Source: Planctomycetota bacterium (GTDB lineage Bacteria; Planctomycetota; SZUA-567; H5-PLA8). From it: a stretch of DNA of 64,000 bases. The notes beneath the pieces were generated by a model. That model saw only the letters and a program-made list of their open reading frames with translations. It did not search any database and was not told where the DNA came from. Below, one piece after another: positions 29,196 to 39,103 of the stretch (positions are counted from its first letter, which is position 1; each line of letters begins with the position of its first letter). Location of the stretch: positions 64,001 through 128,000 of the forward strand of contig JBBRPR010000007.1 in the NCBI GenBank assembly GCA_038227875.1, given 5' to 3'. A program made the position numbers and the translations under genes.

Positions 29196-31097
29196 ATTCA
29201 GAATTCATCGTTCACCGATAAGTGTACGCGGAAGTTTCTGGACGAGCACTACGACGTCTGCGCGGTCCATACCTTTAACAAGCGGCAGGGAGTCTTCTAC
29301 GTCCTCTGCATCTTCGCGCTGCTGTTGTGCTTCATCCGCGACTACAAATTCACGTACACGGTGCTGACGTTCGTGCTCTGCGGCATGTACGGAACGGTGA
29401 TCTTCGCGCGGCTGTTCTCTGTCTTGCTGGGTCTGCTGCGCTCGAGCGAGCACCGCGTCTCCTCCACCGAAACGCACGCGGTTCCTGATGCCGATCTGCC
29501 GGTCTACACGGTGCTGGTTCCGATGTACAAGGAGCCGGAAGTCGCACAGAAAATCGCGCGGACGGTGACGTCGCTCGATTATCCGCTCGATAAGCTCGAC
29601 GTAAAACTGCTGCTGGAAGAAGACGACGCTCCGACCCGGGCGAAGATCGACGAAGTCATCGATACGCTGCCGCGCTGCGTGGAAGTGGTGATCGCGCCCA
29701 AAGTGCCGAAGACCGAACCACGCACGAAGCCCCGCGCCTGCAATTGGGGCTTGGAACGTGCGCGCGGCGAACTACTGGTTGTCTATGATGCCGAAGACCA
29801 GCCCGAACCCGATCAACTCCGCAAGGCCGCCGCGGTCTTCCGGCAACTGACGGCGCAGGGCAAAGCGCACGTGATCTGCCTGCAGGCGAAGCTCAATTAT
29901 TTCAACGCGCGCCAGAATTATCTGACGCGCTTCTTCACGCTTGAATACACGAATTGGTTCGATCTGTTTCTGCCCGGTCTGCATGCGATCCGCACGCCGA
30001 TTCCATTGGGCGGAACCTCGAATCACTTCCGCACGGCTCCGCTGAAAGCGCTGGGCGGTTGGGATCCGTTCAACGTGACGGAAGACTGCGACCTTGGCAT
30101 GCGCATGGCCCGCAAAGGCTTCGCCACCGAAGTGCTCGATTCCACGACGTGGGAAGAAGCCAACAGCCAGTTCATGAACTGGATCAAGCAGCGCAGCCGT
30201 TGGATCAAGGGGTATTTCCAGACGCATCTGGTCCACACCCGCGAAGCGTGGGTACCGATGGCGATCATGGCGTTTGTGTTTGCAATTCTCTGCAAGATCT
30301 GCGCTCAGAATCTGGCCGATGGCGTCCCGGAATCGATCGCCGGGATCGTCAAGTTCATCACGATTCTTTGTGGTGCCGGCGCGGCGACCGCGGGCGTTTG
30401 CGCGCTGTACACGCTGGCGCGGCGCGTGCGCGACATGGCCGGACGCGGTTCCAAGGAAGGGCATCTCGGACCGTGGCAGGCGTTGAGTTTCCGCTTCACC
30501 GTCGGCGGTCTATCCGTGATGCTGTTACTGAATCTGTTCTTCTGGGTGCTGACGGTGCTCTACCTGTTCCACGTCCCGATCTCCAACCACCTCCCGCACT
30601 TCATCGCCGACATCAAAGTCGAGAACACCCGCTTTGCCGACGCGCTCCACGACTGGCAACTGTACTACACGAACGTGATCGACGAACGCTACGCCGGATC
30701 GACGCTGTGGAACACGTTCACCGATCTGGTCAGCCGCAAAGACGCGACGTGGAAGGAAGCGAGCGAACGCATCGCCAACATCGACGCGTGGTCGCTGACC
30801 TCGCAGCTCATCTATCCCGTGGCGATCATGCTCTTCATCGCCAACGGCGTATTCGTGCTGTTGGGATTGCTCTCGTGCCAGAAGCGCGGCTTGTGGGACC
30901 TGCTGCCGTTCGCGCTGATCGTCCCGATCTACTGGGTTTTCATCTCGATGGCCGCGTGGAAGGGCTTCTACCAATTGTTCACGAACCCGTGGTACTGGGA
31001 GAAGACTGTGCACGGGCTCGACACGTCGGCGAAACCGCCGCCGCCGCCGGTTCAGCCTCCGCCACCGCCGCCGTTGGAGACGGCGACGCCGATTTGA
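29196..31097 (+). CDS. Membrane GT2 glycosyltransferase; start uncertain (ATT 29196 or TTG 29325)
   Basis: YTVLVPMYKE, TKPRACN, YDAED, GGTSNHF, WDPFNVTEDCDLG, QRSRW, WEKTVHG. Confidence 0.85.
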   Translation: MQNSSFTDKCTRKFLDEHYDVCAVHTFNKRQGVFYVLCIFALLLCFIRDYKFTYTVLTFVLCGMYGTVIFARLFSVLLGLLRSSEHRVSSTETHAVPDADLPVYTVLVPMYKEPEVAQKIARTVTSLDYPLDKLDVKLLLEEDDAPTRAKIDEVIDTLPRCVEVVIAPKVPKTEPRTKPRACNWGLERARGELLVVYDAEDQPEPDQLRKAAAVFRQLTAQGKAHVICLQAKLNYFNARQNYLTRFFTLEYTNWFDLFLPGLHAIRTPIPLGGTSNHFRTAPLKALGGWDPFNVTEDCDLGMRMARKGFATEVLDSTTWEEANSQFMNWIKQRSRWIKGYFQTHLVHTREAWVPMAIMAFVFAILCKICAQNLADGVPESIAGIVKFITILCGAGAATAGVCALYTLARRVRDMAGRGSKEGHLGPWQALSFRFTVGGLSVMLLLNLFFWVLTVLYLFHVPISNHLPHFIADIKVENTRFADALHDWQLYYTNVIDERYAGSTLWNTFTDLVSRKDATWKEASERIANIDAWSLTSQLIYPVAIMLFIANGVFVLLGLLSCQKRGLWDLLPFALIVPIYWVFISMAAWKGFYQLFTNPWYWEKTVHGLDTSAKPPPPPVQPPPPPPLETATPI

Positions 31098-31112
31098 CGC
31101 GGTGCTAGCGCT

Positions 31113-32231
31113 TCACCGCCGCGCCATCCACGCCTTCTTCACCGCGTCTTCAGGAACGTCGGTGACGATGCGCGACTTGCCGATCTTGTCGGCGAGGATG
31201 AAGCGTAGTTTCCCCGCGGCGGCCTTTTTGTCTTTGAACATCGCCGCGTAGAGCGTGTTCGTGTCGGGGTCGCCGGGCTGCAGCTTCGTCGGGAGGTTGG
31301 CCTTCTCGATCAGCGCGATCACGCGGTCGCGGTCGGCGCGCGTCAGGAGTTGCTGCTCGACGGAAAGCTCGCAGGCCATCGCCATGCCGATCGCCACGGC
31401 CTCGCCGTGCAGGTAGCCCTGGTAATTCGTCGCGGATTCCACGGCGTGACCGAAGGTGTGTCCGAAGTTCAGCAACGCGCGCGGACCACTGCCGGTTTCG
31501 CGTTCGTCGGCGGCGACGATCCGCGCCTTGATCGCGGCGGAACGTTCGATCACGTGAGCCAGCGCTTCGCCGTCCTTCGCTAGAAGCTTCTCGATGTTCT
31601 GCTCGATGAACGCAAAGAGTTCCGCATCGTCGATCACGCCGTACTTGATCACTTCAGCCAGGCCGGATTTCAATTCGCGGTCGGGAAGCGTGGCGAGCGT
31701 TTCCGGATCGATCAAGACAGTGCGCGGCTGCAGGAACGCGCCGATGGCGTTCTTGGCTTTCGGATGATCGACGCCGGTCTTTCCACCGATGGAAGCATCG
31801 ACCATTGCCAACAGCGTGGTCGGAACCTGAACGAACTGGATGCCGCGGTAAAACGTCGCCGCGACGAAACCGGTGAGATCGCCGATCGCGCCGCCGCCGA
31901 GCGCAATCAAGCAACTGTCGCGATCGAGGCCGGCTTCCAGGCAAACGTCGTAAAGACTTTTCGCGACGTCCAGCGTTTTCACGCCTTCGCCGGGGGGCAA
32001 TTCGAGCGCCGTGCCGTCGAAACCGGACTTCTGCAGGCTGGCCGACAAGCGGTAACCGTGCTTGGGTCCGATCGTGCGATCGGTGATGACCAGGCAGCGC
32101 CGTCCTTTCACGACCTCGGCGATGATCGGCCCGGCTGTATTGAGCAGTCCGTTTTGAATGATGATGTCGTAACTGCGATCACCCAGCGGCAAGTGGATGG
32201 TACGTTTGGTCGCGTTCGTGTTTTGGCTCAT
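31113..32231 (-). CDS. aroB: 3-dehydroquinate synthase
   Basis: GGGAIGDLTGF, PTTLLAMVDASIGGKTG, EVIKYG, LNFGHTFGHA, HGEAV. Confidence 0.96.
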   Translation of the reverse strand: MSQNTNATKRTIHLPLGDRSYDIIIQNGLLNTAGPIIAEVVKGRRCLVITDRTIGPKHGYRLSASLQKSGFDGTALELPPGEGVKTLDVAKSLYDVCLEAGLDRDSCLIALGGGAIGDLTGFVAATFYRGIQFVQVPTTLLAMVDASIGGKTGVDHPKAKNAIGAFLQPRTVLIDPETLATLPDRELKSGLAEVIKYGVIDDAELFAFIEQNIEKLLAKDGEALAHVIERSAAIKARIVAADERETGSGPRALLNFGHTFGHAVESATNYQGYLHGEAVAIGMAMACELSVEQQLLTRADRDRVIALIEKANLPTKLQPGDPDTNTLYAAMFKDKKAAAGKLRFILADKIGKSRIVTDVPEDAVKKAWMARR

Positions 32232-32491
32232 GCACTGATTGAATGATGACAGCATGCGTGCGTCAAGTGAACCGTGAACGGAAAGCGCGACTCACGCGTG
32301 CTGCGCTGGAGCAATTAAATTATTTATCACACGTGCGCAAGATTTATGCACTTTGAGTGGGAAATTTCGACTGACTGCTGGACAAACCACAATTTGTATT
32401 ATTTCATGTCACAAGGCGGCCTTCCAACTACACAGCTTTGTACTCAGCGGTAAAAAGCGCACACGTGCTCTACCACCCGGAGCTTTCCACC

Positions 32492-35400
32492 ATGCGAATT
32501 CTCAACAGGCGCAAACGCTACCTTTTGACTGCATTCGGATTGATCTTCGCGCTTGCCGCCATGTTACTCAACAGTTCACGTTTCTTGCCTCAAGCGCTTC
32601 CGCAATCCACCGTTCAACAAATCACTGCTGCGCCAGTCCCGTCTCTTCGCGCTACGTTCGGTCTACAAAACACTCTGCCCGAGGCTTCGAACGCAGCGAT
32701 CTTTAGCGTCTTTGAAAATTGGGCCAGCGGCGTGGCGTCCCGATCCAATCCGACGCTGACAACAGACGAACTCGCCTACGGCCTGGCCCTCGCGCAGACG
32801 CGTCGCGTCGCGCTCTCAAAATTAATCGAGAACGATCCGCAGCAGGCACTGGAACACTCCCTGCCTTTCTCCGCGCGCCAGGCATTGCCGCAGGCCATTC
32901 AGGATCAGCTGGAACATCAAGTCGACGGCCGCGGTGAATTTCGCGTCGCGATCAGCACGGCGTTGGATGGCCAGTCGACTCAGACCTTTCGTAACGCAAC
33001 CGTGAATGGGAAGACCTACAAGGCTTTCGTCTACGGCACGCGCACGACTCAGCCCTGCACGAGCAACACGGCGCTGCACGGCATCGCAGTGGGCGATTCC
33101 ATCGCGCTGCACGAAAGCCCAATCCGCGTGCTGGCGAAGGGCGAAATTCCAAACCCAAAGCTGCCGGTCCTTAATGAGGGCCTGAAGTGTCCGGTCTCCG
33201 GAATCGTCTCGCGCGAAGTGGCCGTGGATGCCGGCGGCGTGATCATCTACCTCTGCTGCGCCGGCCACATTGGGCCGATCGAGAAAAAGCTGGCCGACGG
33301 CGAAACGCTCGTCACCGCGTGGGGCACACTCACCAGCTCCTCCACCGCGGCTGCCACCAGCGGCCCGCTGCAGTCGACCTATACGACGGGCGTTAAGAAT
33401 GTCATTTTGATGCGCGTCGATTTCTCCGATGCCACGGTGGCTTCCGGCGATACGACGTTCAATTCCTCGCTGGTCTCGGGGTTGAATACCTTCTACACAC
33501 AGGGTTCCTACGGAGCGACGTCGTTCAACCTCGTCGGTTCCGGCTCAGACGTCACGCCCATCATGCGCATGCCGCAGACTTACGCGTACTACAGCGGCAA
33601 CAACTTTTACGATCAGCTTCGCGCCGACGCGAAAGCCGCGGCGGCTTTACTTGGCTATACGATTGCCAATTACAACTGGGACATCACCTGCATGAGCTCC
33701 GGGTCGGGCGGCTCGTTTGGCGGCTGGTCGGGCCTGGGCTACGTCGGCGCCCCTGGCGCGTGGGTCCGCAGCAACAGCGTTGGAGTCTCCGCACACGAAG
33801 TGGGCCACAACTACGGACTGTGGCATGCCAATTATTGGAGCACGACCAGCGACAGCATCATCGGGCCGGGCAGCAACCAGGAGTACGGCAATCAATACGA
33901 CACGATGGGTTCGGCGAACGCCGGGGCTTATCAATTCAACGCGTACGAAAAGAATGTGCTGCAGTGGCTGCCCGACGTCGACGTCACCACCGTCACAGCC
34001 AATGGTAAGTACAACATTCAACCCTTCGACAATTACACGCTTTCGGGTTCGCCGTACGCATTGAAGATCCGGCGCGACTCCACGCGCAATTACTGGGTCG
34101 ATCTGCGCCAATTGTTCACCAGCAACAACTGGGAGATGAACGGCAGCGAAATTCTCTGGAGTCCCTGGGCGCAGAGCAACGGCGGCTCGCAGTTGCTCGA
34201 TACCACGCCCTCATCGCCCAACGGCAAGAACGACGCGGCCGTGGTCGTCGGCCGCACTTTTGCCGATACCAATGCCAAAGTTTACATCACGACAGTCACC
34301 AAAAATACGACCCCGGTTTCAATGGATGTGGTCGTCAACACGGGCGATTTCCCCGGCAACAATGCGCCAGTTGTGACGCTGTCATCAACTCTCACGACCG
34401 TGGCCACGAATACCAACGTAACGCTCACTGCCAACGCCACGGACGCCGATGGCGATGGCCTCGCGTATTATTGGGAGTACGGCGACGGCAACTACAGCGT
34501 CAACAATCAGCCCACCGAAACGAAAAGCTGGAGCGCCGCCGGCGAATACCGCGTGCGCTGCACCGTCTCAGACATGAAGGGCGGCAGCACATCCAGTTCG
34601 ATCGTCATCAAGGTCGGATCGCCAACGACGTTTCGCCTGAGCGGTACCATCACCGTCGGTGGCGCTCCGCTGGTAGGTGTGCGCGTGACCGATGGCTCGC
34701 TGGTCTCGTATACCGATAGCGACGGCACCTACACGCTGGTGGGAGAAACGGCGGGCAGCAAAACGATCGCCGCCTCCAAGTTCGATTACACGTTTACTGC
34801 CGGTTTCGTCAATCCGGTCAGCGTTGCAGGAACGATGGGAAATTTGAATTTCACCGCGACGCAGAACACGCATCAGATTACTGGCTCAGTTAAGGACGGC
34901 ACGGTTGGCGTCGCCAGCGTCGTCGTCTCGGACGGCGCCCACAGCACCTCGACCGACGCATCTGGAAACTTCACGCTGACCGGTCTGCCCAACGCCTACT
35001 ACACGCTCTCCGCGATCAAACCCGGCTACCAATTCAGTGCCGCCGCTCCGGTCGAAATCCTGGGCGCCGACGCGACTCAGAATTTCTCCCGTCAGCTTTA
35101 CAGCGTCTCCGGAACAATCACGAGCGTGACCGGCGCACCCGTTGTGGACATCGGGGACGGAATCCATACAGCGACGGCCTATCTCCAAAGCGGGACCACG
35201 TACGGTTACAATATTCAGGTGCCGTCCGGTTCGTGGAATCTGCGGGCAACCCTCGCGGGATTCACGATTTCGCCGAGCAACTTCACCAACCCGTTGACCG
35301 TTTCAGGAAACCTGAGCACCACGAATTTCAGCAGCGTCGCGGGCACTACGTACACGGTCTCCGGAAACATCACCGCTGGCTCCACGCCTTTCCCGGGCGT

Positions 35401-37627
35401 CGTTGTCTCCGCCGGAGCGAAGTCGTCCACCACCGACTCCGTCGGTAATTACACCATCCCCGGATTAGCCAACGGCTCGTACACCGTCACACCTTCGTAC
35501 TCCGGCGCCACGTTCACTCCGGCGAACACGCCAGTGACGATTGCGTCCGCCAACGCGACGGGAAAAAATTTCGTTGGGACGTATCCGTTCACCATCCTCA
35601 CGGCCTCTCCCATGCCGCTGGGCGTGATCAATACCGCGTACAACCAGACGCTTTCGGCGGTATCCGGCCAGACGCCGTTCACCTGGGCGATTTCCGGCGG
35701 AGCGCTGCCATCGGGACTCGCGTTGAATTCGGCAGGCTCGATCGCCGGCACGCCCACCGCATCGGGCACGTTCAATTTCACGTTGCAAGTCACGGATAAT
35801 CTCGGCGCCGTCGCGACCAAGGCCATTGCGCTGACCATCAATCCGTCACTGACTGTCACCACGCCCAACTTGACTGCTCCGATTAGTTCAGCCTATTCCT
35901 CGGCGATGTCCGCCGCCGGTGGGCTCCCCCCATATCTCTTCTGGTGGGTTGGCTCGGGCTCGCTGCCGACGGGGTTGTCCCTTAATTCCACTACGGGTGT
36001 GCTAAGCGGCACGCCAACGGTGACGGGCACCTATAACTTCACCGTCTATGTGCAGGACAGCGTCTACACCACCGCAAACAAAGCTTTGACGATGACCATC
36101 ACCCGCGTCGGCATCGACACCACATCGCTTCCTGCCGGCGATGTGGCGACGCCATACTCCCAGGCGCTCGTAGCCAGCAAGGGCGCGCTGCCGTACGCCT
36201 GGACCATTACCACCGGAACGCTCCCTGCCGGATTAACGATGTCGTCCGCGGGCGTCATCAGCGGAACTCCCACGGCCGTGGCGACCGCAAACTTCACTGT
36301 GAAAGTCACCGACAAAGGCAACGTCACCGCGACGCAGGCCCTGAGCATCACGATCAATTCGCCCTTGGCGATCACCACGACAACGTTGCCGCGCTTTGAT
36401 GTGGGCTCAGCGTATTCCCAGACCATTTTCTCAACCGGCGGAACCGCGCCGGTCTCGTGGTCGATCACCGCCGGAGTGACACCCGTCGGCATGACACTCG
36501 ACTCCACCGGCATATTGAGCGGCACACCCACGGCGCCCACAACGGGCACTTTCACTGCCACCGCAACGGACTTGGCTGGCGCGGTGGTCTCTCAGGACTT
36601 TATCGTTACGGCTAACCTGCCTCTTTCGATTTCCAGCACCTCACCCTTCCGCGGCACGGTGGGGACTCCATATGCAAAGCCCATCGAACAGATCGGTGGC
36701 ATGCCGCCATTTACGTGGACGCTGGTCAGTGGTCAATTGCCGGCGGGGCTGACGCTTACGCCGTCGGGCCTGATCACCGGCACGCCGGCCACGGTGGGCA
36801 GTGCGACGTTCAAAGTTTCAGTGGTAGATTCGACGGCGGGGACCAGTGCCGCAACCTTCACGCTCGACATTGTCCCGCCGAACGTCGCGCCAGTGGTGAC
36901 ATCCGGAATTATTCCCAATCCGTACCAGCCTGGAATCGGCGTCAACGTCACGTTTGTCTACGGCGTCAGCGATACGAACGGCGATACCCTGACGTACGCG
37001 TGGGATTTCGGCGACGGTACCACCGACACCGCCGCCAGTCCCGTGCATGCGTACTCCGCGCTGGGCACTTACACCGTGCAAGCGACCGCGACGGATCCAG
37101 GCGGCCTGAGCGTCACAAGTACCTTGAGCCTTACCGTACTTGAAGTCACCGGCAGCGGCTTGCCGCCAGGCACGGTGCAAATGACTGTCTCAAAGGTGCA
37201 AGGCAGCGCCAAGTTCTCCGGCGGCGGACACGACAGCGTCAGCTTCAGCGGTAGCATTCCGAACGTGCCCAAGGGCTTCACTACGCTCGGCAAGACGCTG
37301 TCCGTGAATTACGGCGGCGCACTGGCGACGTTCACGCTCGACGCGAAGGGCAAGGCGCACAGCAACAACGGCTCGGTGACGCTGAAGTTCAAGAGTCTTA
37401 AGGACAAGGCGACCAAGCAGCTGATTTTCCAGGGCGGCACGGTCGGGTTCCAGATCAAGCTGACCAATGGAACGTGGGTCACGACCTGGGGCATGGACCC
37501 CAACGCCACCACGACCGGGACGAAGGTTATGACCGCCACCATCCAGCTGGACGGCACGCTCTACGGCGCGGTCACCAATGTGAAGTACTCGGGGAAGGCA
37601 AAAGTCGGCGGCAAGTTCAAGAAGTAG
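32492..37627 (+). CDS. Large secreted zinc metalloprotease with PKD, carboxypeptidase-regulatory-like and putative-Ig repeats
   Basis: HEVGHNYGLWH..EYG..DTMG; WEYGDG and WDFGDG PKD motifs; about 5 LPxGLxL..GxIxGTPT repeats. Confidence 0.85.
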   Translation: MRILNRRKRYLLTAFGLIFALAAMLLNSSRFLPQALPQSTVQQITAAPVPSLRATFGLQNTLPEASNAAIFSVFENWASGVASRSNPTLTTDELAYGLALAQTRRVALSKLIENDPQQALEHSLPFSARQALPQAIQDQLEHQVDGRGEFRVAISTALDGQSTQTFRNATVNGKTYKAFVYGTRTTQPCTSNTALHGIAVGDSIALHESPIRVLAKGEIPNPKLPVLNEGLKCPVSGIVSREVAVDAGGVIIYLCCAGHIGPIEKKLADGETLVTAWGTLTSSSTAAATSGPLQSTYTTGVKNVILMRVDFSDATVASGDTTFNSSLVSGLNTFYTQGSYGATSFNLVGSGSDVTPIMRMPQTYAYYSGNNFYDQLRADAKAAAALLGYTIANYNWDITCMSSGSGGSFGGWSGLGYVGAPGAWVRSNSVGVSAHEVGHNYGLWHANYWSTTSDSIIGPGSNQEYGNQYDTMGSANAGAYQFNAYEKNVLQWLPDVDVTTVTANGKYNIQPFDNYTLSGSPYALKIRRDSTRNYWVDLRQLFTSNNWEMNGSEILWSPWAQSNGGSQLLDTTPSSPNGKNDAAVVVGRTFADTNAKVYITTVTKNTTPVSMDVVVNTGDFPGNNAPVVTLSSTLTTVATNTNVTLTANATDADGDGLAYYWEYGDGNYSVNNQPTETKSWSAAGEYRVRCTVSDMKGGSTSSSIVIKVGSPTTFRLSGTITVGGAPLVGVRVTDGSLVSYTDSDGTYTLVGETAGSKTIAASKFDYTFTAGFVNPVSVAGTMGNLNFTATQNTHQITGSVKDGTVGVASVVVSDGAHSTSTDASGNFTLTGLPNAYYTLSAIKPGYQFSAAAPVEILGADATQNFSRQLYSVSGTITSVTGAPVVDIGDGIHTATAYLQSGTTYGYNIQVPSGSWNLRATLAGFTISPSNFTNPLTVSGNLSTTNFSSVAGTTYTVSGNITAGSTPFPGVVVSAGAKSSTTDSVGNYTIPGLANGSYTVTPSYSGATFTPANTPVTIASANATGKNFVGTYPFTILTASPMPLGVINTAYNQTLSAVSGQTPFTWAISGGALPSGLALNSAGSIAGTPTASGTFNFTLQVTDNLGAVATKAIALTINPSLTVTTPNLTAPISSAYSSAMSAAGGLPPYLFWWVGSGSLPTGLSLNSTTGVLSGTPTVTGTYNFTVYVQDSVYTTANKALTMTITRVGIDTTSLPAGDVATPYSQALVASKGALPYAWTITTGTLPAGLTMSSAGVISGTPTAVATANFTVKVTDKGNVTATQALSITINSPLAITTTTLPRFDVGSAYSQTIFSTGGTAPVSWSITAGVTPVGMTLDSTGILSGTPTAPTTGTFTATATDLAGAVVSQDFIVTANLPLSISSTSPFRGTVGTPYAKPIEQIGGMPPFTWTLVSGQLPAGLTLTPSGLITGTPATVGSATFKVSVVDSTAGTSAATFTLDIVPPNVAPVVTSGIIPNPYQPGIGVNVTFVYGVSDTNGDTLTYAWDFGDGTTDTAASPVHAYSALGTYTVQATATDPGGLSVTSTLSLTVLEVTGSGLPPGTVQMTVSKVQGSAKFSGGGHDSVSFSGSIPNVPKGFTTLGKTLSVNYGGALATFTLDAKGKAHSNNGSVTLKFKSLKDKATKQLIFQGGTVGFQIKLTNGTWVTTWGMDPNATTTGTKVMTATIQLDGTLYGAVTNVKYSGKAKVGGKFKK

Positions 37628-39101
37628 CTTCGGAAGCGGACGGATTCGGCCGTAGCTGCCACAGCGCCACGGCCAGTGCGATGAACAGCAGCAGCGTTGA
37701 CCATGTCGTCAGGCCCAGCGCCTGAATCGTCTGGCTCAGCTTGCTGCCCCAAATCGCCTTCGACGTCAGCCCGCCGCCACAACCCAACAAGAACAGCGCG
37801 GCCCACGCCAGCGTCTTTGCCGCGCCACGCAAGCGGCTTTGCTGCAGCAGCACGATCAGCACCGAAACGGGAATCAGCAGCACAACCAGGTGCGCCATGC
37901 GCGTCAGCGGCGCGACGAGCACCATTGCCGTGGTCGTGAGCGACCAGGATAGCGCGATGGGCAGCGCTCCCGCGCGCGTCCACGCCGGGAACGTCAGCAC
38001 CACCGTCGCCAGCAATAGCACCAGCGCGAGAATGTCGGCGGCCGTCTGCGCCTGTTTCGGCTCGAGATTCATGATGTTGACGCTGCGGTCGCCTTCCAGG
38101 TCGTCGCGCGTCAGCGCTTCGGTCTCCGAAAGCATTTTCATCAGCGTGCCGCGGAAACTGATGCCCACCGCGCGCGGCAACTCGTCGGGGTTCGCTGCTT
38201 TTTTCGGGCGGCCGATCAAGATCTCCTGCGGCGTGTCGTCTTCATCGGCCATCGCCTTGTCGCGCGCATGCTCGGTGAACACTTTCAGCGCCGTCCAGTT
38301 TTTGGAGAATCCCAGCAGCAGCGCCGGCACGAACAGCAGGAACAACGCCAGCCCCACCGCTCCGCCCAGCATCGCCCAGCGCCGGAAGGTCCAGAAAAAG
38401 TAGACGCCGAAGAGTCCCGGCGTGAGCTTGAACGTCGTCGCCAGAGCCACGACGATGCCGGAGAAAAATTCACGCAGCCAACTCCGTCTTGCGGTTGCCG
38501 ATACTTCTGGTGGCTTTGCGATGTCCGTAAACAGATACAGTGCCAGCGCCAGGCAGAAGAAGCAGTACAAGTTGGCGTTGCCGCCGCGCAGATTCGAATG
38601 CAGGTACTGCCAGCAGACCGCAACGGCGAAGAGGCAACCCAGCTCCGGTCGCCGCCAGATGCTCTCCGTGCCGCTGGTCGGTGGTACGAGAACTTTCCAG
38701 ACCAGCCACAACCCCGCAGCCAGCAACACCAGGTTGAGCACGAAAAAGACGGCGACGGCCGTATTGTGCGAAAACAGGGACAGCGGCGCCATCGGAAACA
38801 CCGCGAACATCGCCGGGTAGATGTACGGACGCACCGGCGTCGAGGAGGCGCGGTAGTCGTAAATGTTCTCGCCTTTGCGCGCCAGCTCGCCGGCCGAATA
38901 GTACGCCGTGAAATCCGAACCGTGCGGCCGCTTCTTCGCCTCTTCCAGCGTCTCGTTCGGCTTCGGATCCTTGTAGATGGAATGGCGCACGACATCGACG
39001 CCGTAATTCGTGAAGAAGGCCACGAGCACCACGGCCAGCACGCGAAAATGGATCCGGTACGGATCAGAAACCGTCGGCGGCTTCACGGCGTCGTCTGCCA
39101 C
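37617..39101 (-). CDS. GT87/DUF2029-like membrane glycosyltransferase
   Basis: SDFTAYY, PYIYPAMFA, GNAN, FKLTPG; many TM segments. Confidence 0.75.
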   Translation of the reverse strand: MADDAVKPPTVSDPYRIHFRVLAVVLVAFFTNYGVDVVRHSIYKDPKPNETLEEAKKRPHGSDFTAYYSAGELARKGENIYDYRASSTPVRPYIYPAMFAVFPMAPLSLFSHNTAVAVFFVLNLVLLAAGLWLVWKVLVPPTSGTESIWRRPELGCLFAVAVCWQYLHSNLRGGNANLYCFFCLALALYLFTDIAKPPEVSATARRSWLREFFSGIVVALATTFKLTPGLFGVYFFWTFRRWAMLGGAVGLALFLLFVPALLLGFSKNWTALKVFTEHARDKAMADEDDTPQEILIGRPKKAANPDELPRAVGISFRGTLMKMLSETEALTRDDLEGDRSVNIMNLEPKQAQTAADILALVLLLATVVLTFPAWTRAGALPIALSWSLTTTAMVLVAPLTRMAHLVVLLIPVSVLIVLLQQSRLRGAAKTLAWAALFLLGCGGGLTSKAIWGSKLSQTIQALGLTTWSTLLLFIALAVALWQLRPNPSASEATS

Positions 39102-39103
39102 GA

